From the NCBI GenBank assembly GCA_963823105.1, contig CAWGKC010000003.1:119965-183964 (forward strand): a stretch of DNA of 64,000 nucleotides, written 5' to 3'. Source of the DNA: an uncultured Acidobacteriota bacterium. GTDB taxonomy: Bacteria; Acidobacteriota; Terriglobia; Bryobacterales; Bryobacteraceae. Position numbers and translations under genes: made by a program. The notes beneath the pieces are model-generated. The model saw nothing but the letters and a program-made list of their open reading frames with translations. It was not told the origin of the DNA and did no database searches. Of this stretch, positions 53,270 to 62,063 are shown one piece after another (position 1 is the first letter of the stretch; each line of letters opens with the position of its first letter).

Positions 53270-56250
53270 ATGTTCTTGAGCCGTTTTTCATCCTTATTAT
53301 GGTTGGCGGCGCCGGCGCTGTTCGGCCAGGGCGGTTGTCCGGCGATTCGTTTTTCGGGGGCGGTCGCGACCCCGCTTGACGCCGCCGACGGTTCGAGCAC
53401 CGCGGCGCTGCTGCGCCAGTTGGACGGGACGTTCAGCGGATACCGGGTGCAGTTGAACGCGCCATATGGGTTGTGAGGCACGACGCCCGATTTTCTTGGA
53501 CGAATATTGCCGTGCGGAGTCGCGTCGCCGAAAGCGAGCCCGTTTGGCGGCGCGGCGGCGTTGGTGGCGGCGCTGAATCGAACCGGAGCTGCGTCACAAA
53601 ATCTCGCGGCCGCGTTGATGTCGAGCACGGTGGCCGACATCGCGTTCGTGCGCGCCGGCTCCGCCACGGTGGACGTTTTCACGGCCAGTTCGGGGAAAGA
53701 TACGGCGGCGAACACGGCCACTTCTTACACGGTTGGAAAGTTGGCGGCGGCGGTGACGTTCGCCGATTTGAACGGCGACGGGATTCCGGATCTGATCGCC
53801 ACCGACATCGGCGGAGGGACGCTACCGGGCAGCGTGGTGGTGTGGCTTGGGGCCTCCGACGGGACGTTCCACTCGCAGGCGAGCTACGCCGTTCATCAAG
53901 GCCCCATCTCGGTGGCGGCGGGCGATTTCAATAAGGATGGGAAGTTGGATCTGGCGGTGGCCAATAGCCGGTCGGGCGACGTTTCGATTTTGATCGGGAA
54001 GGGCGATGGGACGTTCGCGACGGCGCGAAATTATCTGGCGACGGGGAATCCGACGTCGGTTGCGGCGGCGGATTTTAACGGCGATGGAAAGCTGGATCTG
54101 GCGGTGGCCGATCAACTGGGGTCGATGGTGGTGTCGCTGGGCAACGGTGACGGCACGTTTCAAAATCCGCAGCGATCGTTTGCCGGAGGCGGGAACGCGA
54201 CGCCGTATGTCGCCGCCGGCGATTTCAATGGCGATGGAAAAATGGATGCGGCGATATTGAGCGCGGGGGCGGGCACGGTGTCGGTGCTGGTGGGCAACGG
54301 AGACGGATCGTTCGCGCCGGCGGTTTCCTACGCCGTTCCCGCCGGAGGATCGTCGTTGATCGTCACCGACATTAACGACGATGGCAAGCTGGACATTCTG
54401 GTGGCCGCGGGGACGCCATTTTTGATCACCGATTACCGGCAATCGGGATATGAGACGCTGCTGCTGGGCAATGGGGACGGAACATTCCAGGCGGGAGCGT
54501 TGCAACCGACGGGCGCGCAGCCGGGATCGTTGGTGGTGGCCGATTTTAACGGCGACGGGAAGCTGGACGTGATGACGGCGAATCAAGGAACGGGCGATCT
54601 GTCGCTGCTGCTCGGCCTCGGCGGCGGATTGTTCGCATCGGCGACGAGCGTGAAATTGGGCGAGGCCGCGTCGGCGCTCGCGGTCACCGATTTAAACGGC
54701 GATCGGCGGGCGGATGCGATCGCCGTGGAGCCGGCGAGCGACGACGTCGCGATCCTTTATAGCGTGGGGAGCGGGCAGTTTCAGAACGCGGTGCATTACG
54801 CGGCGGGGAACGACCCGAGGGCGCTCGCGTTGGCCGATTTCAATAGCGACCGCTTCACCGACATCGCCGTGGCCGATTACGGAGGCGGCGTAACGATTCT
54901 GATGGGCGAGGGGAGCGGAGGGTTTCAGGGCGAACGGCCGGTGACGGCGGGATCGCATCCGATCGCGCTCGCCGCGGCCGACCTTAATAAGGATGGGCAT
55001 CCCGATCTGGTGGTGGTGAACAACGGGACCTCCGGCGCCGATACGGGCGGCGTGTCGGTACTGCTTGGCAACGGGGACATGACGTTTCAAAAAGCGATGA
55101 ACTTCGCAGCGGGGTTGAACCCGCGAACGTTGGCGCTGGGGGATTTCAATGGCGACGGAAATCTGGACGCGGCGGTGGGGACGACGAGCGCGAGCGGCGC
55201 GCCGCAGTTGGCGATTTTGTTGGGCAAGGGAGACGGGACGTTCGGCGCGCCGGCGTTTGTGGCCACGGCGTCGCTCGCGAACAACATCGAGGCAGTACGA
55301 TTTCAACGGCGACGGCAAGACGGATCTGGTGATTTCGAGCGCGGACCTTTCTTACTTTGTCGGGAACGGGGACGGGACGTTTCAAGCGGAAGTTCATTTT
55401 CCGGGAGGGCCCGCGCCGGCGGGATTGGCGGTGGCCGATTTCAACGGCGACGGAAAGCCGGATCTGGCCATCGCCGATTCGGGCGTGGGAACGGGAGTCA
55501 ACGGAGCGGCGATGGTGTTGTTGAACGTGTCTCCAGGCGCGGCGGCGACGGTGAACGCGGCGAGCTTCATGGCGGGTGCGCCGGTGGCGGCGGAATCGAT
55601 CGTGTCCGCCTTCGGAAAGGACCTCGCGACGGTGAGGGAGCTGCCGCCTCCGCCACTGGGAACGAACGTGGCGGGGACGACGGTGAGCGTGACGGACGCG
55701 GTGGGTGCGTCACGCGCGGCGAATGTCTTTTTCGTTTCGCCGGGCCAGGTGAATTACGAGATTCCCGCGGGTACGGCGGCGGGAGCGGCGACGGTGGCGG
55801 TGACCTCCGGTGACGGAACGGTGTCGGTGGGCGCGGTGACGATCGCCAGCGTCGCGCCGGGACTTTTCACGGCAAACGCGAACGGGTTGGCGGCGGCGAC
55901 GGTGTTGCGGGTTCACGCGGACGGGACGCAGATCGGGCGCGAACATGGAAACCTACGACGCCGCGACGAAGCAGACGGTGGCTGTGCCGATCGATCTGGA
56001 CCCGGCGACGGACAAGGTGTATCTGATTTTATTCGGCACGGGATTGCGCGGCGCGGCGCAAGGGCAGGTTGCGGTGACCGTGGGAGGCGCGGCGATCGCG
56101 CCGGCTTTTGCGGGAGCGCAAGGCGTGGACGCCGGGCTGGATCAGATCAACGTTCTACTGCCGTATAGTTTGAAGGGCGCGGGCAACGTGAGCGTAGTGG
56201 CGACCGCGGCGGGGCAGACGGCGAACACGGTAAACGTGACGATTCAATAG
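53270..56250 (+). pseudogene. Large secreted FG-GAP/VCBS-repeat protein with C-terminal Solibacter-type (TIGR03437-like) domain, carrying one in-frame TGA and two frameshifts
   Basis: Signal peptide [20 protein letters not shown] (ATG 53270). TGA at 53474-76 lies in the same frame as ORF 53507..55813. More than 10 DFNGDGK.D repeats. Frame switches to ORF 55149..56168 at about 55292-55298 (..NNIEA/V-DFNGDGKTD) and to ORF 55945..56250 at about 55932-55945. C-terminus VNAASFMAG..ESIVSAFG...FVSPGQVNYEIP...AGLDQINVLLP. Confidence 0.8.
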
Positions 56251-56307
56251 CGGGCGGCGCGGCGCGACGGGATGGCCGCGGCTCACGCTACTCACAGGAG
56301 CGAGATC

Positions 56308-56501
56308 GTGAGAAAAAAGTCGAAAAAACGAAAATTCAATGGCTCGATCAACCGCGGATTCTTCGCAGGGAAAAACTATCTCCGTTGACGCTTTATAGAG
56401 ACAAGGCAAACGGCAAGCTGGCGATCGCCGACGGCTATCACCGGCTCTGCGCGGTGTACAAATTCGACGAAGACGCTATGATTCCCTGCAAGATCGTTTG
56501 A
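56308..56501 (+). pseudogene. Possible ParB/Srx-fold mini-gene (DGYHRL motif) without an in-frame start
   Basis: The frame ending at TGA 56499-56501 reads ...KIQWLDQPRILRREKLSPLTLYRDKANGKLAIADGYHRLCAVYKFDEDAMIPCKIV but has no ATG/GTG/TTG. A GTG at 56308 (MRKKSKKRK..) is one frame off and separated by A-runs (56321-56336). Confidence 0.3.
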
Positions 56502-56516
56502 ACGGGAGGGAAGGAT

Positions 56517-57302
56517 ATGAAATCGACAACGCTCGGGGGAACGGATCCGGCGCCGGGGCGGCGGATGATGCACGCATCGGCGATACCGGATTTTTTGGAC
56601 TCCGCGAATGAGTGGCGGCGGCTGTTCTCGGAAGCGTGGGGAACGTTTCTACTGGTGGTGGTGGCCGCGGGGGCGGGGGTGGTGGGAGCGCGGATCGGCG
56701 GGGCGATCACGTTGAGCATGAAAGTGGTCGCGCCGGGGCTGACGGTGATGGCGATCATTTATTTCATGGGCGCGGTCGGTGGCGCGCATTTGAATCCGGC
56801 GGTCACGCTGGCGTTCGCCGTGCGGCGAAATTTTCCGTGGGGGCGGGTGCCGGGGTATATCGGGGCGCAGGTGGTGGGCGGGATCGGGGCGGCGTGGTTT
56901 CTGCGGGGCATGTTCGGCACGATCGGAGACCTGGGCGCGACGACGCCGGGGGCGGGCGTTGGCGATTTCGATGCGTTGGCGATGGAGATTTTGTTGACGA
57001 CGGGGTTGGTGAGCGTGATTCTGGGCACGGCTTCCGGGGCGCGAAACATTGGCGCGAATGGCGCGATCGCGGTGGGCGGTTATATCGCGGCGGCGGGGCT
57101 TTGGGCGGCTCCGGTCAGCGGCGCTTCGATGAATCCCGTGCGATCGTTCGCGCCAGATTTGATGCGCGGCGATCTGCACGCCACCTGGATTTATATCGTC
57201 GGGCCGATCGTGGGCGCGATGGTGGCGGTTGGGTTTGAATGGATCCTGAAAGGGAAACCGACAGCGGCGGGGAGTTTGGCGGCGCAGGGGGAAATGGAAT
57301 GA
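56517..57302 (+). CDS. MIP-family channel (aquaporin/glycerol facilitator type)
   Basis: Two NPA boxes (GAHLNPAVTLA and GASMNPVRSFA), six TM helices. GGGAGGGAAGG precedes the ATG. Confidence 0.9.
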   Translation: MKSTTLGGTDPAPGRRMMHASAIPDFLDSANEWRRLFSEAWGTFLLVVVAAGAGVVGARIGGAITLSMKVVAPGLTVMAIIYFMGAVGGAHLNPAVTLAFAVRRNFPWGRVPGYIGAQVVGGIGAAWFLRGMFGTIGDLGATTPGAGVGDFDALAMEILLTTGLVSVILGTASGARNIGANGAIAVGGYIAAAGLWAAPVSGASMNPVRSFAPDLMRGDLHATWIYIVGPIVGAMVAVGFEWILKGKPTAAGSLAAQGEME

Positions 57303-57303
57303 A

Positions 57304-57756
57304 TCAGGACGCCGGCGGTTCGCCTGGGGGGCGGGTTTTCCAGCGGCGGTGAATCCAGAGCCATTGGTCGGGGTGTTCGCGGATGACCACGTAAACGTGC
57401 TCCAAATGCAGATGGTCCGCCAGTTGGTGAACGTCTTCCGCCATGTTCGCAGCATCGTAATCGCCGGCCGTCGCGGCAGAGCCGCCTATGCCGCGCAGGT
57501 CAACTGCCACGACTGTGAAATGCTTCGCCAACCGCGGCATGATGCGGTGATATGCGTACCAATCTTCGGGAAAACCGTGCAGCAAAATGATGGCTGGCCC
57601 AGCCCCGCCGCGCACGTAGTGGAGTGTCGCTCCGTTCACTTGCGCGGTATCGGAGACGAATCCACTTCCTAGCGCCGCCACCGCCGGATCGGCCACCTGC
57701 TTGGGCGATGACTGGCCATGAATGGCGACGCAGGCGGCCACTACAAAAACCGCCAA
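57304..57756 (-). pseudogene. 5' half of an alpha/beta-hydrolase (epoxide-hydrolase/haloalkane-dehalogenase-like) gene; truncated before the nucleophile
   Basis: VNGATLHYVRGGAGPAIILLHGFPEDWYAYHRIMPRLAKHFTVVAVDLRGIGGS...LEHVYVV is a normal N-terminal half. The expected G-x-nucleophile-x-G elbow and everything after it is replaced by about 25 unrelated codons ending 1 nt from the aquaporin stop. Confidence 0.65.
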
Positions 57757-58021
57757 AGCTTTCCAGGTCCTGGGTCCGTAATTCTTCGCGAACGTGAAGC
57801 CGCTCTTCTACCCTGCGATTCCGGAGCATTGCGCCGCATCGCTTGTCATCGTGAATTCTCGCTCTCGGGCCCGATTGCGAGACCGTTCGCCATATCTAGC
57901 TAATGAACGTCGTCTAGAAAAAGATGCACAGGATTATGGCTCAGGTTGCGAACATGGCTATAGCTGGAGTGCGGGGTTTCGGGGAACATTAAGGTTTCTC
58001 CGTTCGGTTGCTCGCGATTCC

Positions 58022-58048
58022 GGGTCACGTCTATATCCGACGTGACCC
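58022..58048. other. Perfect 10-bp inverted repeat with 7-nt loop (GGGTCACGTC tatatcc GACGTGACCC)
   Basis: Read directly: 58022-58031 is the exact reverse complement of 58039-58048. It lies 78 nt downstream of the HAF-repeat gene stop (minus strand). No U-tract on either strand. Confidence 0.6.
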
Positions 58049-58125
58049 ATGTTGCACCGCACAACCGCCCGCCTTGCGCCAGCGCAACAAATCGCTTGAT
58101 GGTGCAGAAACTCCGAAAATGGCCT

Positions 58126-59391
58126 TTATTGCGCCAATCGACCGAGTCCGAATCTGTGTAAAAGCTGTTTGTTAACAGTCGCCGGCAAGTTGGATTTTGA
58201 GCATGCAGTTGCGACCTCCGCAACCGACGTGCCTACGCTTTCATTTACAGGGGTTGCCAGAAAGGCGTGGATGTCGCCCGCATGCGGCCCGCCGCACACC
58301 GTTGCCATGCCGACGATTTGTCCGCGCTCATTGATCTTGTCAGCCATTCTTGCGTAGAGGTTGGAACTCGCGGGAAACAGCGTGTTAAGGTCGATCATCT
58401 CGTGGTCCCGATAGAGGAAGCCCTGGACCCAGTTGAAGCCGGAGTCCAATGTGCTTCCCACCACTTGGCCGCGGTCGTTGATGCCGGTGGCTATGGCGGC
58501 AAAATCTCCCGGGAGAGTGCCGAGGTTTGTGAGTTCGCCGTTCTCCCAAAGCGCGGCAAATATGGTGTCAGTACTGTCAACTATCCCAACAATTTGGCCC
58601 CGATGGTTAATGCCCTGGGCGGTAGCGCCATATCCGAGGTCGTTAAGCTGAACGGCAGTGTCGTTTTCCCACGATACGGCGTGAATCGCACCGGCGCAGT
58701 CCCCCGTGCCGCCTACGGCGTGGCCTTGATCGTTGATCGCGAATGCGACCCCGTCCGGATCGCCATCCACCGTCGGAAGAGCTCGAACTCCCCCCTTTTC
58801 CCATAAAACCGGCAATACGGTCCGGAGAGGGTTGGATGGCGGGCATGTCGTGTCAACGACCGCCGTTTGCGCAGTGCCCGCGATTTGCCCGCGGTTATTG
58901 ATATCGCTGGCCGAGCCGTTATTTCCGCCCAGAGTCGGGAGAGCGCTCATGCTACCGTTTTGCCAAAGATACGGGCGACAGATATGGTGTGTGCCGAAGC
59001 CGCAAAAGTCTTCGCCGTCCGGGTCAAGGACCCCCGTTTCGGCCTCACCCACGGCTTGCGCGAAGTCGTTGATGCCGCCCCAATTCATCCAACTGTTCTG
59101 CCCGCCAAGCGTGCCGAGGTTGATCTTGCGTTCGCCAATATTTATCACCGATTGGCCTGGTAGGACTACCGCGCCACTAAAAAGCGAGACCGGATTCATG
59201 ACGCCCTCCTGGGACAACGTCCAGCCGAAACTATTGACGTCCATGGCACAACTGAAATTGTCCTCGTCGCTTACAACGCCCAAATCGGTAACTTTGTAGC
59301 TCTCTTGAGCGACGCCATTGATGGAGCAAGCCAGAACAATCGCCGTAACCCACAGTATCCAGAGATTCCCCAACTGTCTAAGCATGTTCAT
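58126..59391 (-). CDS. Secreted HAF-family extracellular repeat protein
   Basis: Signal peptide, then at least 7 repeats of the LGTLGG..S.A.gIN.rGQ(I/V)VG type (LGTLGGQNSWMNWGGINDFAQAVG, LPTLGGNNGSASDINNRGQIAG, ATAQGINHRGQIVG, ATGINDRGQVVG, KINERGQIVG) and the terminal HAFLATP. Lower GC than the core genome. Confidence 0.75.
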   Translation of the reverse strand: MNMLRQLGNLWILWVTAIVLACSINGVAQESYKVTDLGVVSDEDNFSCAMDVNSFGWTLSQEGVMNPVSLFSGAVVLPGQSVINIGERKINLGTLGGQNSWMNWGGINDFAQAVGEAETGVLDPDGEDFCGFGTHHICRPYLWQNGSMSALPTLGGNNGSASDINNRGQIAGTAQTAVVDTTCPPSNPLRTVLPVLWEKGGVRALPTVDGDPDGVAFAINDQGHAVGGTGDCAGAIHAVSWENDTAVQLNDLGYGATAQGINHRGQIVGIVDSTDTIFAALWENGELTNLGTLPGDFAAIATGINDRGQVVGSTLDSGFNWVQGFLYRDHEMIDLNTLFPASSNLYARMADKINERGQIVGMATVCGGPHAGDIHAFLATPVNESVGTSVAEVATACSKSNLPATVNKQLLHRFGLGRLAQ

Positions 59392-59599
59392 ATCTCCTCT
59401 TTTCCTTCCATAAAGTCGTGGCGCCGAAATGACAGGCGCTTTACGTCAGGTACGATCCACATCTAACTTCGAACCGTGTTCAGAGCTTAGCTCAATGAAG
59501 TTGATAAGCCGGACCTAATCCGCCGGGCGATTGAGAAATGCGATGAACCGAAGGTTCCGTGCGCCAGGCCGTGGAATGCCGATTCATCGTTAAGCTAAA

Positions 59600-60687
59600 A
59601 TGCTGATCATGAATCGAGAGAATGTCCTGAATTTGCGGTCCTTCTGGCAAATCCAGATCATTGGATGGGGCTGCTTTTATCTTTACGACCTTCTGGAATC
59701 CATTCATGCGTTTTTGACTAAGCGTGTGTATATCGACGAAGAGACGGTGCCTATCGTCTTGATGTTCCTGGGAAGTTGCGCCTTGCGCCCTTTTTGCCGT
59801 TGGCTGCTGCGACAATCGCAGTCCTGGATCGCTTTTGAGTTGAAAGCAGCCGCGGCGGCCATGGTCACATCCATTCCCGTAGCCTGCGCAGCCGGCCTCA
59901 TTTTGCAGAATTTCTATCCTGTGCCCTGGCACGCTTTGGTTACAGTTTGGGCGTGGTCTTTTTTCGTTCTCTTCATGTGGTGCAGTTTGTATTTCAGCAT
60001 TAAGCAATGGCAGCAATCGAGCGAGGAGAAGGAGCGGTTGCTTCGCGCCGAGTCTGAGGTCAGAGAGGCGCGGCTGCTTGCATTGCGCTATCAGTTGAAT
60101 CCACACTTCCTATTCAATTCGCTCAATGCCGTCTCCACGCTCGTTCTGGATGGAAATGCGCCTGCGGCCACGCGGATGCTGGCGCAGATAGGAGATCTTC
60201 TGCGCACAAGCCTGGATTCCGAAGTCACGGCGGAGGTGGCGCTTTCTCAGGAACTGGCCTTTACCGAAGGGTACCTGGCGATTGAGCAAACAAGGCTGGG
60301 GAGCGGCTAAAAATCGATATGGTGTTCCGATCGGAAACGCGGGATGCCCTGGTGCCAAACATGTTGCTGCAGCCGCTGGTTGAGAACGCCGTGCGCTACG
60401 GGGTGGCGCCACTGGTTGAAGGCGGGTGGATTGCGATCAAGAGCGCGCTGCATGCCGACAGGCTGCGAATTGTCATCGGGAACTCCGGACGGCGCGGTGA
60501 GGGCGAGCAAAAAAAGAATGGAAATGGAATCGGTCTCGGAAACACGGCGGAGCGCCTGAAAACACTTTATGGGACGGATTTTGAATTCTCGCTTGCTTGG
60601 CCTGAAGCGGGCGGTTGCGAAGTCGTGCTGGAATTGCCGTTACGCAGGGCTCGGAATCTGCAGGAGGCCTTGCCGTGCGCGCTCTGA
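59600..60687 (+). pseudogene. LytS/YehU-type sensor histidine kinase (His_kinase plus HATPase_c), frameshifted in a G-run
   Basis: TM N-terminus, LRYQLNPHFLFNSLNAV (PF06580-type H-box), then ...YLAIEQTRLG and a stop at 60308-10. The expected continuation ERLKIDMVFRSETRDALVPNMLLQPLVENAVRYG...GIGLGNTAERL is in the -1 frame (ORF 60319..60687). Switch at GGGG 60298-60301. Confidence 0.8.
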
Positions 60688-61433
60688 TCGTCGACGACGA
60701 GCCGTTGGCGCGCCGTGGCGTCGTTCTCAGGCTGCGCAAATTCAAGGATGTTGAGATCGTTGGAGAATGCGGAGATGGGCAATCCGCGGTGGAGAGAATT
60801 CTGGAACAATCTCCCGATGTCGTGTTCCTCGACATCCAGATGCCGGGGATGGACGGTTTCGAGGTTCTGCATGCATTGCCCATAGAAAACCTGCCCGCCG
60901 TCATTTTTCTAACGGCGTATGAGCAACATGTTTTGCGGGCATTCGATGTTCATGCGGTGCATTACCTGTTGAAGCCGGTGGACGACACACGCTTCGCGGC
61001 AGCAGTCGGTCGAGCTCGTGATCTGGTCGATTCCGAATCAAAGGCCGACATGGCACAGCGGGTTATGAAAATGCTGGGCCGCGCCTCGGACGAATAAGCG
61101 TCCCGGTTTACGGTGCAAACCGGATCCCGCATTCAAATCGTCACGGCAGAGGATGTCGAGTGGATTGGGGCTGCCGGCGACTATGTTGAACTCCACGTCA
61201 ACGGTCGTTCTTTCCTGTTACGCGAGACGATGGCTTCTCTCGAACAGAGGCTCGACCCGGCAAAGTTTATTCGCATACACCGCTCCCGAATTGTGCAGTC
61301 AAAAGGCATACTGGAACTGCGATCCATCGAGAACCGCGAATTCATGGTGAAGCTCTCGGACGGCTCGGAGCATCGCTCGAGCCGCACCTACGCCGATCGA
61401 CTTGAGCGCTGGTTGTCATCTGGCAGGATCTGA
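60675..61433 (+). pseudogene. LytTR-family response regulator split by an in-frame TAA between receiver and LytTR domains
   Basis: GTG 60675 (CAGGAGG 8 nt upstream). The receiver has ALIVDDEP, VVFLDIQMPGMDG and LKP. TAA at 61095-97. The same frame continues ASRFTVQTGSRIQIVTAEDVEWIGAAGDYVELHV...FIRIHRSRIV (LytTR domain, ORF 61113..61433). Confidence 0.8.
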
Positions 61434-61453
61434 CCAATCCTGGCTGAGTCTGA

Positions 61454-61699
61454 CTCGGCTGGATGCAACGGCAGCGCTGGGGCGTGCGGGTGGCGGTGGT
61501 CAAACATACCGAGGTCACGCGAGGATTTGTCCTAGTACCGCGCCAATGGGTGGTGGAACGCAGCTTTGCCTGGGCAGCCCGCATCCGCCGTCTGCCCGGA
61601 GATTACGAACGCCTCGCCAAGACGCTGGCAGCACTCCACTACCTCGCCTTCGACATCCTCATGCTCGCAAATCTGGCGCGGCTACTCACGCAAAGTTAA
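61454..61699 (+). mobile_element. C-terminal fragment of an IS5-family (DDE_Tnp_1) transposase
   Basis: ...TRGFVLVPRQWVVERSFAWAARIRRLPGDYERLAKTLAALHYLAF is the conserved C-terminal block with the catalytic E (VVER.FAW..R.RRL..DYE). No upstream part of the gene. The fragment starts directly after the LytTR gene stop. Confidence 0.7.
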
Positions 61700-61972
61700 T
61701 ATTAATCAGTTCATGAGTAAGTAGACATCGGGTATATTGTGACGTGAAGAGCGGTGGCCGAATTCCGCGGCATTGTGTCTACCTAGTTATGATCTTATTG
61801 ATAACAGGCTCTTGAGCCGCACAAGCGCGGCGGATAGCCGTCAATGCTAAAGGAAACATTGTTTTTGTATATCCGGGCTAAGGCGGTCGCGATTCCGAAG
61901 TGCATGCGATCAGCGCTGCGGGATGACTTCGATCACCGTTCCGGGTTGAAGGCGGTCATCGATTCCGACGGG

Positions 61973-62015
61973 AAGCCGATCACCAATTGGCCAATCCCGG
62001 AATCGTGATCGGCTT
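61973..62015. repeat. 11-bp perfect inverted repeat AAGCCGATCAC(21 nt)GTGATCGGCTT, interleaved with an 8-bp pair CGATTCCG/CGGAATCG
   Basis: Read directly: 61973-83 versus 62005-15, and 61960-67 versus 61998-62005. The spacer contains the palindrome CCAATTGG (61983-90). Confidence 0.6.
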
Positions 62016-62063
62016 GATCCCGGAATGAATTCCACGGTCCGTAGGGCGAGGGGCGCTGGATAA

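Noticed and set aside
53474-53476. In-frame TGA of the FG-GAP gene as selenocysteine or programmed read-through.
   Set aside because: There is no selenoprotein context (not a redox motif) and no obvious SECIS-like hairpin immediately downstream. The flanking residues fit a simple Trp (TGG) to stop transition. The gene also has two frameshifts.
1429-55945. The frame shifts as programmed ribosomal frameshifting.
   Set aside because: The sites share no slippery heptamer or stimulatory element. They occur in unrelated housekeeping-type families that are never frameshifted elsewhere, and they include both directions (+1 and -1). Mutation or sequencing error is the simpler reading.
58022-58048. 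Shared GTCACG/CGTGAC core between this palindrome, the 44946-45015 array and 40412-30, as evidence for a common regulator.
   Set aside because: A 6-mer of this composition is expected many times by chance in 64 kb of high-GC DNA. Without a longer shared consensus the link is not supportable.
57900-58223. 107-aa minus-strand ORF with a faint cupin-like C-terminus.
   Set aside because: It overlaps the 3' end of the HAF-repeat gene by 98 nt, has no credible internal start or RBS, and contains the perfect 10-bp palindrome (58022-48), which would be an odd coding sequence. Treated as non-coding.
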